A stretch of 38,820 nucleotides of DNA from Chiloscyllium plagiosum (lineage: Eukaryota), in the NCBI RefSeq assembly GCF_004010195.1, contig NC_057718.1, positions 24,456,035 through 24,494,854 of the forward strand, written 5' to 3'. Shown piece by piece: positions 1 to 13,168 of this stretch. A program made the translations under genes and the position numbers. Within the stretch, counting starts at the first letter, position 1; the number at the start of each line of letters is the position of its first letter. A model generated the notes under the pieces. The model had not been told where the DNA came from and did not search any database. It saw nothing but the letters and a program-made list of their open reading frames with translations.

Positions 1-164
1 GAGTCAAAAATGGACATTGGTGCAAAAGTCAGCAGGTCTGTGGAGAGAAATCAGAACTAACGTTTCTGAGTGGAGTGACCCTACCTCAGAACGTTTTGTC
101 TGTGGTTTATAGCATTCGCTGTTCTCCCCGTTTTAGCCAGTATAGCTTTTGCACCGTGGGAGAA

Positions 165-256
165 AACCACATAGAGTCACCGGAGGGTGGAATCGACCCG
201 CGTCCCTGGCGCTGTAAAGCAGCAGCGCGGACCACTGAACCAACTGAATGCGCCCT
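165..256 (-). mobile_element. Decayed HE1 SINE head
   Basis: ggaatcgacccgcgtccctggcgctgtaaagcagcagcgcggaccactg parallels ggaattgaacccgggtctctggcgctgcgaggcagcagtgctaaccactg. Confidence 0.7.
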
Positions 257-501
257 AATCATTCCTGGGGTTCGCCAGATATGATGCTGAGAGAGAGATT
301 CGCCAGGATGATCAGAAGCTGATTATTGTAAGGTGTTTGAGAGGGGGGGTGACATTCAAGGTCAGCGTGGATCGCCCTTGCACCCATCCTCTAGATTGTG
401 ATATTTCAGCGCTGCCCCTAAACTCCCAGGAACGACACATCAGAGGGATCGTCCTCATCTCTCATTGAGAAGCCAGGAAACAAGGGCAATTCTTAAAGCG
501 A

Positions 502-505
<4 letters not shown>

Positions 506-537
<32 letters not shown>

Positions 538-548
538 GTGTGTGTGTA
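506..548. repeat. (TA)n/(TG)n microsatellite
   Basis: Direct reading. Confidence 0.95.
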
Positions 549-574
549 TGGGGGGGAGGGGAGCTGATTCAATA

Positions 575-738
575 CCCTCGTAGAACAAGTCGACTCCAAA
601 GAGTAACCCACCCAGACTCATTCCCTTACCCTTTTGCTCTATATTTACCCCTGGCTACTGCATCTAACCTACACGTCCCTGAACACCATGGGCTATTCAG
701 TATGGCCGGTTCACCCTAACCTGCACATCTTTGGATGT
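575..738 (-). mobile_element. HE1 SINE 3' fragment
   Basis: gtaacccacccagactcattccct ... cacctaacctgcacatctttgga-like. Confidence 0.75.
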
Positions 739-1304
739 GAACTCGATACGTCAGTCTGTTGTTGGCACCAATCTAGTGAAGAGCGGGAGGCGGCAGACTG
801 GAGCCCTGCTCTCGGTGCCAGCAGTTTACTGAGGCAAAACAGAACTGACAACACATCTGTTACCTAGGAGACCCGGGAAACATCGTGAGGTCTCTTCACA
901 CTTACTCGGAAAACGCTCGGTGGATGAGATTAAAACACGAGATTCTGTGGTGAATGCGGTTTTCGGACTTGGCCCGCTCACTTGCACTGGTTAAATCAGA
1001 AACAAGTTAAAGCTATTGGCTCGAGAGTCAATGTTCCAACCTTTCAGTAAACTCGCTTTCGATTTATTGAAACTGCCTGAGTGTGATTCTGGGAATGTCT
1101 TCCCGCCAACATCCTACCATGGCTCTTTTATTTTCCGGCAGATATTCCTTTGTCCAAAGCAGCGCTGGCTGACTGTATTTCTTCTGTTCGCTCCCTTAGT
1201 TCTCGGTTGACAGTACTGAGGGAAGACGCGGGCAGTCGGGCTGCGGGCACTGCAATTTCTCCTGGGATAAAAGCAAGAGACTGCTGACGCCGGGAATCCG
1301 TGAG

Positions 1305-1460
1305 AAACACGGAAAACGCTGCAGAAACTTAAGCGGGGAACAGAATTGACGTTTCGAGAACTCAAAAAAAAGAGTAGAAGTCGACTCGAAACGTTAACTC
1401 TGTTTTCTCTCGCCACAAGATGCTGACCGACCCTGCTAAGTTCCTCCAGCGTTCTCTGTA
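1305..1460. mobile_element. Old palindromic Penelope-derived element
   Basis: aacagaattgacgtttcgag ... ctcgaaacgttaactctgtt inverted arms; a related fragment lies at about 30-92. Confidence 0.6.
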
Positions 1461-1529
1461 CTCGTTACAACGTTAATCCCAGGCTCCTGGCTGGTACATT
1501 ACACCTCACAGCGGGGCCAAAATTTTAAA

Positions 1530-1870
1530 GACGTGCATTTATATAGCATCCTTTACGGTCACCTGCCGCTTGAAAGTGGTGCGGCCAATGGATTTTTTTG
1601 AGGTGGAAATGTGAGGGATAACCACAGCCAAGTTGCAATAAAAAGGTGATAATAAGTTAACAAACTGTTTTTGTTCTGTGATACTGATTGATGGATAATT
1701 TCTCCAAATTCTTCAATATAGCGTCGTCGGATCCTTAGCCGGATGGTGGTAGACATCCTGTTTTAAAATCTTATCCAAAAGGTGGCATTTCGGACATCTC
1801 AGCGCGCCCCTAATGCGTTTCGCTAAGGCTTTAGCGCTCAATCGCTGGAAGTGGTACTTGAACCCAGAGC
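1530..1870 (-). mobile_element. DeuSINE (SacSINE1-like) remnant
   Basis: gcatttatatagca..., tgtgatactgattgatggataa, ttcttcaatatagcg.c..ggatc, atcttatccaaaaggtggca and a box-B complement gtggtacttgaaccca, matching the recalled Deu-domain SINE consensus. Confidence 0.65.
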
Positions 1871-1989
1871 CGCCTGTTTCCAGAACCTTTACTGATCCCT
1901 TTAAGCCTAGGCATTAGTTCAAGATGCTCTAGGTCAGTGAACTTGGCACTTATATTGGAGACCATGGCTGGTGTGCTCATAAAATCCCT

Positions 1990-2675
1990 ACACTGTGGAA
2001 ACAGGCCCTTTGGCCCATTGAATCCACACCGCCCCTCCGAAGACCACCCCACCCAGGCCCATCCTATCCCTGTTACCCTGCATTTCCCATGGCTATAGAC
2101 AATAGACAATAGGTGCAGGAGTAGACCATTCTGCCCTTTGAGTCTGCACCACCATTCATTATGATCATGGCTGATCATTCTCAATCAGTATCCTGTTCCT
2201 GCCTTATCTCCATAATCCTTGATTCCACTATCCTTGAGAGCTCTATCCAACTCTCTCTTAAACGGATTCAGAGACTGGGCCTCCACTGGCCTCTGGGGCA
2301 GAGCATTCCACACACCCACCACTCTCTGGGTGAAGAAGTTTCTCCTCATCTCTGTCCTAAATGGCCTACCCCTTATTTTTAAGCTGTGTCCTCTGGTTCG
2401 GGACTCACCCATCAGCGGAAGCATGTTTCCTGCCTCCAGAGTGTCCAATCCTTTAATAATCCTATACGTCTCAATCAGATCCCCTGTCAGTCTTCTTATC
2501 TCAAGGGTATACAAGCCCACCTAGCCTGCACATTCCGCAACCGTGTGGACAATTTAGCCTGGCCAATCCACTGAACCGGCATCTCTTTGCACTGTGGGAG
2601 CATACCGGAGCACCCAAAGGAAACCAACGCAGACACGGGGAGAATGTGCAAACTCCACACAATCACCTGGAGGTT
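1990..2675 (-). mobile_element. HE1/V-SINE interrupted by a CR1 fragment (2095-2519)
   Basis: tgtggaaacaggccctttggccca ... cgcagacacggggagaatgtgcaaactccacac (V-domain). Confidence 0.85.
2095..2519 (-). mobile_element. CR1 LINE 3' fragment, 425 bp
   Basis: GLYTLEIRRLTGDLIETYRIIKG..SRTRGHSLKI..RRNFFTQRVVGVWNALP; (CTATTGT)n tail. Confidence 0.95.
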
Positions 2676-2957
2676 TGCCAGCAGTGAGAGAGAGCACATA
2701 TTGGAAAAGAGGAATTGATCAAAAATAAAGTGATAGAGCAAGCAGATTGGAAAAGGAGCAAGCCCTCGCCCATTTGTCCTTATCACATCTGGTCATATCA
2801 TCGGAGCTTACTTTTTTATAGCATAGTTTTCGCGGTGGACGGGCAGAGAGATTCACTTTGAAGGTTGGCGGAGATTATGACCGAACCCCTGTGCGCAATG
2901 ATCTCCATTTGTCAATGAAATGAGGGTATGTGAAGGGCGGCCGGGTGCTTTCTCCCA

Positions 2958-3185
2958 GGTGTGTGTGTCTGTTTGTGCCGGCGAGTGTGTGTAGGTGTGT
3001 TTGTCTGCCTGTCTGTGTGTGCTTGTCTAAGTCTGTGTGTCTATGTGTGTGTGTGTGTCTGTCTCTGCCTGCCCGTGTCTGTGCGTCTGCGTGTGTCTGT
3101 GCATGCCTGTGTCTGTGTGTGCGTCAGTGTCTATGTGTATGTGTGTGTGCTTGTATGTGCCCGTGTGTGTGTGTGTGTGTGTGCC
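2958..3185. repeat. Imperfect (TG)n microsatellite
   Basis: Direct reading. Confidence 0.95.
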
Positions 3186-3958
3186 GTGCCTCATTCTCGT
3201 CACAAACCGAATTTGGTTCCCACTGGTTCACTCGGCGCTTCCCTTTTAACATTGCAAACAGAGCGACATCATTCGCGTTCCCTAACGTCGCTGACAAACG
3301 GGGTTAGAAATGCATCATCTGTCAAAGGTGCAGCGAGCGATAAAGTAAAGAACAAAATTCTTGTCTATTCCTGTGGAAACTGATTAAATTCCATGACTGT
3401 CCCTGTGGAATGTCACGCGGATTGACAAACCGTGTCCTTCAGCATTTCCTCCAACCAACTGAGGTTAACCAGCGCACCCCCACACCGCCTGACACCTGGC
3501 CACCCCGTTGTAACACACACACACACAATAATACTGTGTCCATTTTAGGCTGAAACGACTGAGGTCCATATCACTGACTGATCCCACTTCAGGTGAATAT
3601 GATGCCATTGGGAAGATTCTGTATACACTGAATCTCCGTGTGTGTGTGTGCCAGGGGAATGAAAATTCAGCGATGCTTTACCTTTGTCCACCCCAGTCCA
3701 ACACTGACATCTCCACATCGTTCAGATTATCATCGGTTAATAGTTATGATCCATCTCGAGTGTTTCATGTATTGGAGTTAATGCAAAAAGGAACGTCTCC
3801 CTCAAAGGTACACCAAAGTTTCTTGTCTAAACATCATGCTATTCAACTGAATAGTCTGCAGCATTAATCAATGGTTAGGATCAGACCCGTGATTACATCG
3901 TGTTATATGGTTAAAGCCTCTGGTATTAGCTTCTGTCCACCTTTGGGATAGTGCTTAC

Positions 3959-4093
3959 CTGCAAAGCAGAGGGGCCGAGCCGCCGCAGCGTTGCTGCCTA
4001 CCGCCCGGGGAGTCGATCTGAGGCGGGGGGATGTCAGGAGTGAGCTGCCCTGGTGTCTGGGAGGGTTGTGTCCCATACACACACTGAGAGGAG
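3959..4093 (-). other. Candidate exon of an unidentified gene
   Basis: Acceptor ctctcctgcag| and consensus donor CAG|GTAAGC; 135 nt, GC/CpG-rich, two of three frames open. No recognisable protein. Confidence 0.3.
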
Positions 4094-6139
4094 CTGCAGG
4101 AGAGTTTCAGACTGCTCTCGTTGTGCAGTCAGCGCCGTTCAGTCTCACTTCTGACTGATCAGAGACTCTGCATGTGGATGTTATCAGAGTGTGGGGCTCG
4201 GATTGGCTGTGATCAAACACTCAAAGCCAAAAAAACAAATCATCACTCCTCTGACTAATATTACACAAGCGACAGCCCACGGTGCTGCGGAGGGGAACTC
4301 CTTCACCCCGTCTGCAGGGTACACCAGCTCATCAGGCAAGAATCTACACATTGGCACACAGTCAGAGCGCGCCAGCATGGGACCGACACTCAGAATGCCA
4401 CCAACATCACCAATAAAATCTAATCTCACCAAGCTTTTACACTGCCAGCACTCACAGTGACACAGAATAAGAGTCAGATTCTTTTCGCAGGCAAACTGTT
4501 GATTGGAGGCACGGACTCACAATTTTTGCAAGTCCTCTGAAAACTCAAAGCTCTAAAATGAAACGACAATCACTTATTTATCAATGTTACCCAGCTCTGG
4601 TACGCTCTCTCTTTAGGCAAACTCAAGTAAGACATATAGTTTGAACCACTGTGGTTACTTCGTTAGCGAAACGGGGAAATGCTTCTCTGATTCACCCCCA
4701 CCCGTGTAAAGACGGGAAAATTTGCCTTATTTTCAACTTTTAATATCGATATCGAGTTATGCAGTTGAGCCAAACAGTGCCTCGGCTATGCTTCCATCGC
4801 AAAACCGGCCCCCGTCCATGCGCAATTTATAATAAGGTGCAGGGACAAATGCAGCCTTATCTCTTCCATCGAATCAACACGGACTTGGATAGGAGAGTTG
4901 CGTCGGCCCGAACGGTCTGCCTGGGGTGTCGCTGTTGCCAAAGTGGCACAGGGGCTCAGAAAAGTGCCCGGGACTCGGCTGGAACCCACGGTCTCAACTC
5001 ACGAGCGAGCAGCCAGCTCACGCGATCAGCTCCGCACACTTTTCTCCAGCAATTAATATTCTGTGAAACGTATCTGGAGGGTGCAGCCACATCTCTGGGT
5101 TCAAATGGGTGCATGTTTACAATTAACTGTACTTCAATATAAATCACGCGGACACTGAGACATTTCTCGCCCACCAGGGCTGGTTGTTGTCCGACTTAAA
5201 ATGTAAAAAACATCCATTCTTTAGTTGCAGAATGTGCAGGTATTACCTCTGTGTTGATTGTTTGATTTGATGTGTGAAATTGGACCACTGTCAACTCCCT
5301 AACACTGAAATATGTTTGTTTTATGATTGCATTTTTATATTTAAAAAAAAATCTTCTGGCGATTTTTTTTTACAAAAGCAAGTGTAGGCTCTTTGATTTA
5401 TCTAACATTCATGTCATGTCCCGGCGTAAGTGCCCGAGTGTTTAACACAGCTTTCAACAAAAGGAGAGTGCAAAGCCCGCTCATATTTTAGATAGCGATT
5501 CTGCATCTTATCAACGGCCACAGTGCTCAAACCTCGACAAGCGGACGGGGCTCAACCTATTCCTTAAACTGCATAGGCAGAAAGGAGAACACAATATACG
5601 GTGGTTTTGATAAACGTGTTCCACAGCGATCATCCTCTGTCTAATTCGCCACTTGACAATGCCCCATTTGTAAATTCTGATCCAAGGAGCTGGGGTGGAG
5701 GGTGGGGGGAATGCTGAAAACATTTTCTGTCTTTCTCACTCTCTCTTTCTGAGTCGTAATTTGCTGCTCTTTTTTCCCTGACACATAGCCAACTCATGTT
5801 GCATGGGATGCTGACACAAGCCAGGTCTGATCCATGTACTTTGAAAGGCTCTTTAATAATTTTGTCTCACCCTTGGTCAGTACAAGGACAATCGGGCTGG
5901 GTATGACAGGTTGTGAAAGTATTTGAGAAGGGCTGAAAATGATTATCCTTGTTAAATCGCAGGACACGCGGCGATCTGGTTTACATCTGTTTGAAGAATT
6001 GTTGTTGAAGTGCTGCACTTAAAAACTGAATCAACAAGTTTGTCTATCAGTGTAATCTAAGGAGGTCCTTGGAGGATAAAGATGGACTTTCTGATCGTTC
6101 ATTATTTCGGCTCATCATTTTGATCATATCCCCAGCTCA

Positions 6140-6455
6140 CTCCCACAATACTCTCAAGCCCCTCTCCCACTATACCCTCTACCCCACTAAGTGCAACACC
6201 CTCCAGCTCACTGGATCCTCTATCCCCTCCCCCTCTGTACCCTCTACCCCCTCCCAGTATATCTTCTACATCTGCTCCCACCAAACCCAACACGTCTCCC
6301 ACTGTACTATCTACTGTCTCTCACTGTACCCTCTAACCTCCTCCCACTGTACCCTGTACCCTGTTCTCCCCTATACCTTCCACCCCCTCTCCCATTATAT
6401 CCTCTACTCTCCTGCTATATCCTTGACCCTTTCTCCCACTATACCTTCTACCCCA
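6140..6455 (+). repeat. C/T-rich degenerate minisatellite (ccctctcccactataccctctacc-like, about 23 bp)
   Basis: Visible tandem periodicity, followed by a LINE-like 3' end at about 6480-6542. Confidence 0.75.
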
Positions 6456-7369
6456 ATTCTATGTTAGCCTCCTGTACTACACGCAAAACAGAACTTTTCA
6501 CTGTACTTATGTACATGTGACAATAATTAATTAAATCAAATCTGCCCCCCTTTTGCCCCCATTCCCAATATACCCTCTACCCAATGTGACTGCTCCCCTT
6601 CTGGTCTGCTTAATTCTGTCTCCTTCTACAATATTTTCCCTTCTCTTGGTCTGCCCTCACCTATTGCTCCACACTGTATAATTACTCTGAAGATGTATTC
6701 TGTCATGTGCTTAGACCTCACATTTAGCTCTTCCTTCCTCTCATTCTGTGACCGCTCCTCCCCTTTCTGATGCCTATTCTTTTCTATGTTCATTTTTTCC
6801 CTTCAGAGTTACTTTTCTTTTTCAAGATACTGCTGTCAATAGGAATAACTTATCCTTTGACATGGTGGCTTCATCTTGCATAATAAGCCTCCTCACCTTT
6901 AGTGCTGCTTTATTCCAATCTCTCTCCCTATTCTACGTGCCTGCTGGATTCAGTCAGATTTATATCCCATAAATACCTCTTCAGTTTCACATGATTACCC
7001 TCCCCTTTCAAGGTGACAGTCACCTCTGATGAAACTAAGTATCCAACTATGGATTTTCTCCTTATCTAGGATAATTTTCTCCACTCAGAACATTTTCGTC
7101 CTCACCATTCTTTCTAATATTTATTTCACTTTCCGTTGATTGCTCCCTCTTCTGAACTAAGTGATTCTCCTCTCCTTTCATATCAGTGTTTTCCTGCTGT
7201 GTAACTGTCTCACATTTTGTCTTTGTGACAATTCCTACTATTTTATTTGCCTATAAAATGGTTTTTAATGCAACTGCTCTTATTTAGAGCCTTTCTCTTT
7301 CTCTCCTACATACAGGCTGTAATCTGTGATGAGAATGTCTGAGAAAACTAATTTAAAAAGTGTTCCCAC

Positions 7370-7765
7370 TTTGTTACTCCCTCCTGTAAAACTCCTCCTT
7401 GCTACTCTATCCTGTAAAACTACATTGTATTGTGTAGTCTCTCTCCCGCTCTCTCTCTCTCTCTTTGGTAAAACTGCTTTCCCTTCCATCGCCTTATAGT
7501 TACCCTCCCCTGAAAAACTATTCCTTCCTACATAGTCACCCTCTCTTTAAAACTGTTTAGTGAGTCTCTCCTGTAAAAGAGCCTTCTCCAGTATAGTAAC
7601 TCTCAGGAAAACTGCACTGTTTTGCATAATTTTTCCTGTAAAACAACTCTTAGATATAAATTCCCTTTATCTCCAGTAATATTGCCTTCTCCTATGTGGT
7701 TGCATTCTTCTGCGTAGTTATTGTTTCCTGTAAAAATGATTTCATCTGCAAAGCCATTTTGTGTT
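7370..7765 (+). repeat. Degenerate 36-bp array block
   Basis: Recurrent cctgtaaaact...tagttact. Confidence 0.8.
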
Positions 7766-7769
7766 AAAG

Positions 7770-8345
7770 TCATCGAGTTATAGAGTCACACAGAATGGAA
7801 ACAGATCCTTCTTTCCAACTAGTCCATGCTGACCATGATTCCAAACTAAACTTGCCCCAATCGCCTGCATTTGGCCCATATCCCTCCAAACTTTTCCTAT
7901 TCATGTACTTATCCAAATTGTCTTTTAAACATTGTAACTGTACCTGCATCCATCACTTCCTCTGGCAGCTCATTCTACACACAAACCACTTTCTTTGTAA
8001 AAAGGTTGCCCCTCGTCCGTTTTAAATCTTTCTCCTCTCACCTTAAAAAATGCCTCCAAGTTTTGTACTCCCCCACCTTCAGAAAAAGATCTTTGCTATT
8101 CACCCTTATAGACCTTATAAACTTCTATAAGGTCACTCCTCAACCTTTTATGTTCCACTGAAAAATGTCCCAGTCTTTCCAGCCTATTTTTATAACCCAA
8201 ACTCTCCATTCCCCCCATCATTCTGGTAAATCTTTTCTGATCTCTCTCCAGTTTAATAACATTTTTCCTATAACAGGGTAACCAGAACTGTGCACAGTAC
8301 TCCAGAAGAGACCCTGCCAAAATCCTGTATAATCTCAACATGATT
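7770..8345 (-). mobile_element. CR1/HER1 LINE 3' fragment
   Basis: LYRILAGSLLEYCAQFWLPCYRKNVIKLERDQKRFTRM..RLRSDLIEVYK. Confidence 0.92.
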
Positions 8346-8407
8346 TTGCAAAACACAATTTGCTTATCTAGTCTCTCTCACCTGCTAAGCTGCTCTCTCC
8401 TATATAT

Positions 8408-8595
8408 GATGAGGAGGTGCTGGTGTTGGATTGGGATGGGCAAAGTTAAAAATCACGCAACACCAAGTTCAAGTTCAACAGGTTTATTTGGAAGTACTAG
8501 CTTTCAGAGCTCCTTCGTCAGGTAGCCAGCTACTGAACGCTAGTATTTTCCAAAAACCCTGTTAGACAACAACCTGGTGTTGTGTGATTTTTAAT
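8408..8595. mobile_element. Short palindromic Penelope-derived element (same family as 24701-24895)
   Basis: aaagttaaaaatcacgcaacacca ... tggtgttgtgtgatttttaa inverted arms. Confidence 0.8.
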
Positions 8596-8707
8596 TCTCT
8601 TCTATATAGTTACTTACGCCTGCAAAAATGCCCTCTCTTACCTAAAATCCTGCAAAAATGCTCTCCCGTATATAGTTATGATCTGCTATTTATGCACATT
8701 GTCGATA

Positions 8708-8855
8708 CAGCTCACTTGGCTGGGTCCCAATGCAGAGTGATGCCAACAACATGAGTTCAATGAAGTTACCATGAATGAATCTCCTTCTCAATCTCTTCTC
8801 TTTGTCTAAGATATGGGGACCCTCAGGTTGAATCATCACTTGCCATCTCTCCCTC
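8708..8855 (+). mobile_element. tRNA-derived SINE remnant
   Basis: agctcacttggctgg (box A-like) ... gatgccaacaacatgagttcaat (box B-like) ... ccctcaggttgaa; resembles a common shark SINE from memory. Confidence 0.55.
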
Positions 8856-8904
8856 CTGAAACAAAAATCCAACTTTTGAATAAAGTCAATAAGATCTTTG
8901 AACA

Positions 8905-9115
8905 AATAAATGAAATAGGGATAGAAGCAGATGCTTTGGCCCTTCAAGCCGACTCTACTATTCAATAAGATCATGGTTGATTTGTTTTAAGTTTGAATTC
9001 CACTTTGCCATCTACCACGGATAATCCTTGCATCCCCTCCTTAACACAAATCTATCCACCTCTATCTTAAAAATATTCAATGACTCCACCCCCATCATCT
9101 CTGAGGCAAAGTTGC
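8905..9115 (-). mobile_element. Old CR1 3' fragment
   Basis: Decayed counterpart of ggccattctgccct...attcattatgatcatggctgat. Confidence 0.65.
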
Positions 9116-9135
9116 TTATGAGTTGAATGTTGGGT

Positions 9136-9465
9136 TTAGATTAAATTAGATTAGATTTAGATTAGATTAGATTACAGTGTGGAAACAGGCCCTTCGGCCC
9201 AACAAGTCCACACCGACCCGCCGAAGCGAAACCCACCCATACCCCTACATTTACCCCTTATCTAACACTACGGGCAATTTAGTATGGCCAATTCACCTGA
9301 CCCTGCACATCTTTGGACTGTGGGAGGAAATCGGAGCACCCGGAGGAAACCCACGCAGACACGGGGAGAACGTGCAAACTCCACACAGTCAGTCGCCTGA
9401 GTCGGGAATTGAACCCGGGTCTCTGGCGCTGCGAGGCAGCAGTGCTAACCACTGTGCCACCGTGC
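9136..9465 (-). mobile_element. HE1/V-SINE, near full length
   Basis: tRNA-like head (gcacggtggcacagtggttagcactgctgcc...ggttcaattccc on minus), V-domain and (TTAGA)n tail. Confidence 0.95.
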
Positions 9466-9944
9466 GGTTCTTCAGAATGGAGACAGTGGACCTTCTGTTC
9501 TGAAGTCAGAACGAAGCTAATTGCCTTAATGCCTTTTCTCCACCTGTCATAAACTCAACAGTGCAAACAATTTATCCATTAACTCCATGGAGGAGTGGGG
9601 GAGGGGTGGGGTGGGATGGGGTGGCATTACCAGGAGTAGAGTGAGGACAGCCAAATACCCGGAGCAGAGTACGGATAGTCAGTGAGCCAGAGCGGGGTGT
9701 GGATGGTAAGTGACCCGGAACGGAATGGGATCAGCCAGCGGCCCAGAGCAAAGTGAGGACGGCCAGCTAGGCTGCTGACTGAAGTCATTTGTCTTACAAA
9801 TGATGTAGTTAGGTCATTGTCCAAATGTCTTTCAGTATTTTAAAACAAAACCTTTTCAGAATACATAAACACACTCCTTTCTCCATTTAATTTTAAAGCC
9901 AAAATGCCATAATACAATAACATCTATATTATACTTCTTTCACC

Positions 9945-10435
9945 GTATCTGTAAAACGGGTCTCATCTGAGGAATGACTGTTTTTATAAAGCAGCACTCT
10001 CCTATATTATAACTCACTTAATAAACCATTCTGTCCTATACGGTCATCCTCCATTGTAAAACCATGCTCCTCTACATATTTACTCTCTTTTGCAAAACTT
10101 ATCTCTTACATAATCACTGTCTACTGTAAAACTGCACTCTGCTGTGCAAGTATTCTCTCTTGTAAAATTACACTTTTTTGTCTAATCATACTTTCCTGAA
10201 TAAGCTATCTCTTATATATAGTTACTCTCTCCTTTAAATATGCTTTTCCCTATATATTTATTCTCTCCTGTAGAACATTTCCAGTTTAAATGTTTACTTG
10301 TTGCTATAAAACTCATCTCTTTCATATGAGTTCTCAGTGTTCTCAAACTATTCTCTTCTCTCTAGTTACCTTTTGCTGAAAACCTGATCTTTCCCAGATG
10401 GTTACTTTTTCCTGTAAAACAGTTCTCTTTTATTG
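9945..10435 (+). repeat. Degenerate 36-bp array block
   Basis: Recurrent ctgtaaaac / tatatagttactctctcc. Confidence 0.8.
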
Positions 10436-10855
10436 TTAAATCTATGCTATATATGTTTATTACAGTTAGCAAGATCAATACAACATCAAAACAATGTTTC
10501 AACCTGTTTCCTACATCAAATATCACAGAGACTCAATCCCAGGTAAATATGATTCCAATCTCAGATTCTTTCTATTTTTACTTAACTGACTTTCCCCAAT
10601 TTCCTTTCCTTGAAATACAAAGACAAATTTTCAATTGCTATTCAAGTTTGGTATTATGGAGTTCTCACAGTCCTGATAAGCTAAACTTTCTGAGCTCTAC
10701 AGATTTGAAGACCTCTATACAATTGCTTTATCAGTTGAGGCATAGATTATAGGATAAAGGACGTTATGTTGGAGCTATATAAGACCTTGGGTATGCCATA
10801 GTATAGTACTGCACACACTTCTGGTCACTACGCTATAAAAGGAATTGGTTATACT

Positions 10856-11646
10856 TGATGCATGAAAATGATTCTTTTAAAACACATCATTAGTGAAAGA
10901 CTTCCTGGAGAGTAATGGAGATTTGTTCATATTGAGAGAGTTTGCAAGTGAACAAACTAAATGGTGTCGAATTCTTCAGATGGATGATTCTGGAGCAGTT
11001 TACTGGGACCTAGGGGAAAACTCATCACTTGAGAACAAAGCTTTTTAGTTTTATTTTGGCATAGTTTGCAGAGGTCTTGGCTGAAATGAGGTGTTCAAAA
11101 ACATCCTAAGAAAGGGATGCAGTTTAGGATTGTCAAGAAAGAGGTTACCTCAAGTATAATGAGTTCAGTTTAAAAGTTCTAGACCAGAAACATTTGGTAA
11201 AAATGCTAAAGGGTTACGTGAAGCTGAGAAAGCCCAAGCTCAGCCATTTGACAACCCATGAAAGAGGATATCTGATTCTCCAGATGAGGAATTGAAGTCA
11301 CAGTTAGGTTAAACCATATAAATGTTGAAGAAAAGGAAATTCCCACTGGTGTGAGTATTATAAGGGATTGTTGTTGGGATTAATGGGATTGTATTACACT
11401 GTGTGTTTTGAAATTTTCAAAAGAGTGTTATATGTAAAGAGCTTGGTTTATTCTATTTTGTCTTCCTTGATTTTACATAATAAACTTTTGATTTATTGTT
11501 AATGCAGAATCTGCATCATTTTGTGCTTGTGTTTAAGAAAGAACCACCTCATTAAGATCAAGAAAAGAAACAAATATGATCTCTCAAGCCAGATTTCAGT
11601 CTGAGATCTGACTTGTGCAGTAACAGCACCATCTGGGATTCTAATA
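10856..11646 (+). mobile_element. Probable solo LTR
   Basis: AATAAA at about 11480 and U5-like end ccagatttcagtctgagatctgacttgtgcag...ctgggattctaata. Left boundary uncertain; flanked by CR1 remnants. Confidence 0.5.
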
Positions 11647-11793
11647 AGTGGCAGATGTTTAAAGGAACATTTCACAATATAAATATATATTCCAAAAAGT
11701 AATGATGTTGAGGTGCCAGTGTTGTACTGAGGTGGACAAAGTTAAAAATCACACAACACCAAGTTATAATCCTACAGGTTTATTTGGAAATAC

Positions 11794-11822
11794 AAGCTTT
11801 CGGAGTGCTGCTCCTTCATCAG
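11794..11822 (-). ncRNA. Minimal hammerhead ribozyme-like motif (second Penelope family)
   Basis: Minus strand CUGAUGA-A-GGAG-CAGCA-CUCC-GAAA-GCUU, with palindromic AGCU stem III. Confidence 0.55.
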
Positions 11823-12819
11823 CTAGCTAGTGGAGCAGGATCATAGGACACCAAATTTATAGCAAAAGATCATAGTGCCATACAGCTGATGCAATATATT
11901 AAACAAACCTAGATTGCTGTTAAGTCTTTCATCTTGTGGAATGGGTTGTAGATTTTGATTCATTAATATGTAAATCCCAGATCTTCTTTCAAGTCACATT
12001 CCCAAAATAACTGACATCTCAGCTCAGACAACGCATTAAAGGTGTAAGGTTAGAGTCTGTCTGTACTCCAATCTTGAGTCAGACCAGTTCTATTTCCAAA
12101 GTAGAAATTCATAAAATATCACATGGATTGACTGCCTACAGACAGACAAAAAGACACACAGACACTCTCTCTCCCTCTCTCTCTCTCGCTCTCCCTCACA
12201 TGCACACACACACACACACATATATGTCTATAGCGTGAAATGCATTTGTTGAGTTGTGATTGCAGATACATTCTATTTTGTTCAAAAAGCACAGAATCTG
12301 CAGACAGTCAATGCAGGCAGTCAATCCATGTCACATTTTATAAATTCCTACTTTGAAAATAGAAGCAGTCTGACTCAAGATTGGGATAGAGACAGAATCT
12401 ACCCTAACACCTTTAATGCATTGTCTGCACTGAGATATCATTTTTTTAAATAAAACATTAAATTATCTCAAGAATGTGATTTGAAAGAAGCTCTGGGATT
12501 TATGTATAAATGAACCAAAACCTGCAACCCATTCTAAAAGATGAAAAATGTAACAGCAATCTAGATTTGTTCAATATATCGTACCAGTTGCATGCGTGAC
12601 ACTGACATCTTTTGCTATAATTTCTGTGTCTTATGATTTTGCTCCACAGTTACCTGACGGAGCAGCATTCTGAAAGCCAGTACTTCCAAATAAACCTGTT
12701 GGACTATAACTTGGTGTTGTGTGATTTTTAACTTTGCCTACAGATTGTGTGCTTTTTAAACAAAATAGAATGTATCTGCAAATACAATTCTGCAAATCTA
12801 AATTCGCCCCATAAACATA

Positions 12820-13168
12820 TATGTGTGTGTGTGTGTGCGTGTATGTGTGTGTGTGCATGTGTGTGAGGGAGAGAGAGTGAGCGTAAGAGAGAATGAGAGT
12901 GAGAGAGAGTTTGTGTGTGTGTGAGAGAGAGAGAGCGCGCGAGAGGGAGAGAGAGTGTGTGTCTTTGTGTGTGTGTGTGTGCATGCTTGATAGTGTGTAC
13001 GTGAGTGTGATGAAGTACATGGCTGTGAGAGGGTGTGTACATGGGTGTATGTGTGAGAGGAGGAGTGTGTGTGTATGTGCTTGAGAAAGAGTATGTGTAT
13101 GAGAGAGGGTCTGCATGAATGTGTATGTAAGAGTGTGTGTGTATGTGTGTGCATGTGTACTTGTGTGT
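12820..13168. repeat. Compound (TG)n/(GA)n microsatellite
   Basis: Direct reading. Confidence 0.95.

Noticed and set aside
2930..3383. Cys/Val-rich ORFs
   Set aside because: Translation of a (TG)n microsatellite.
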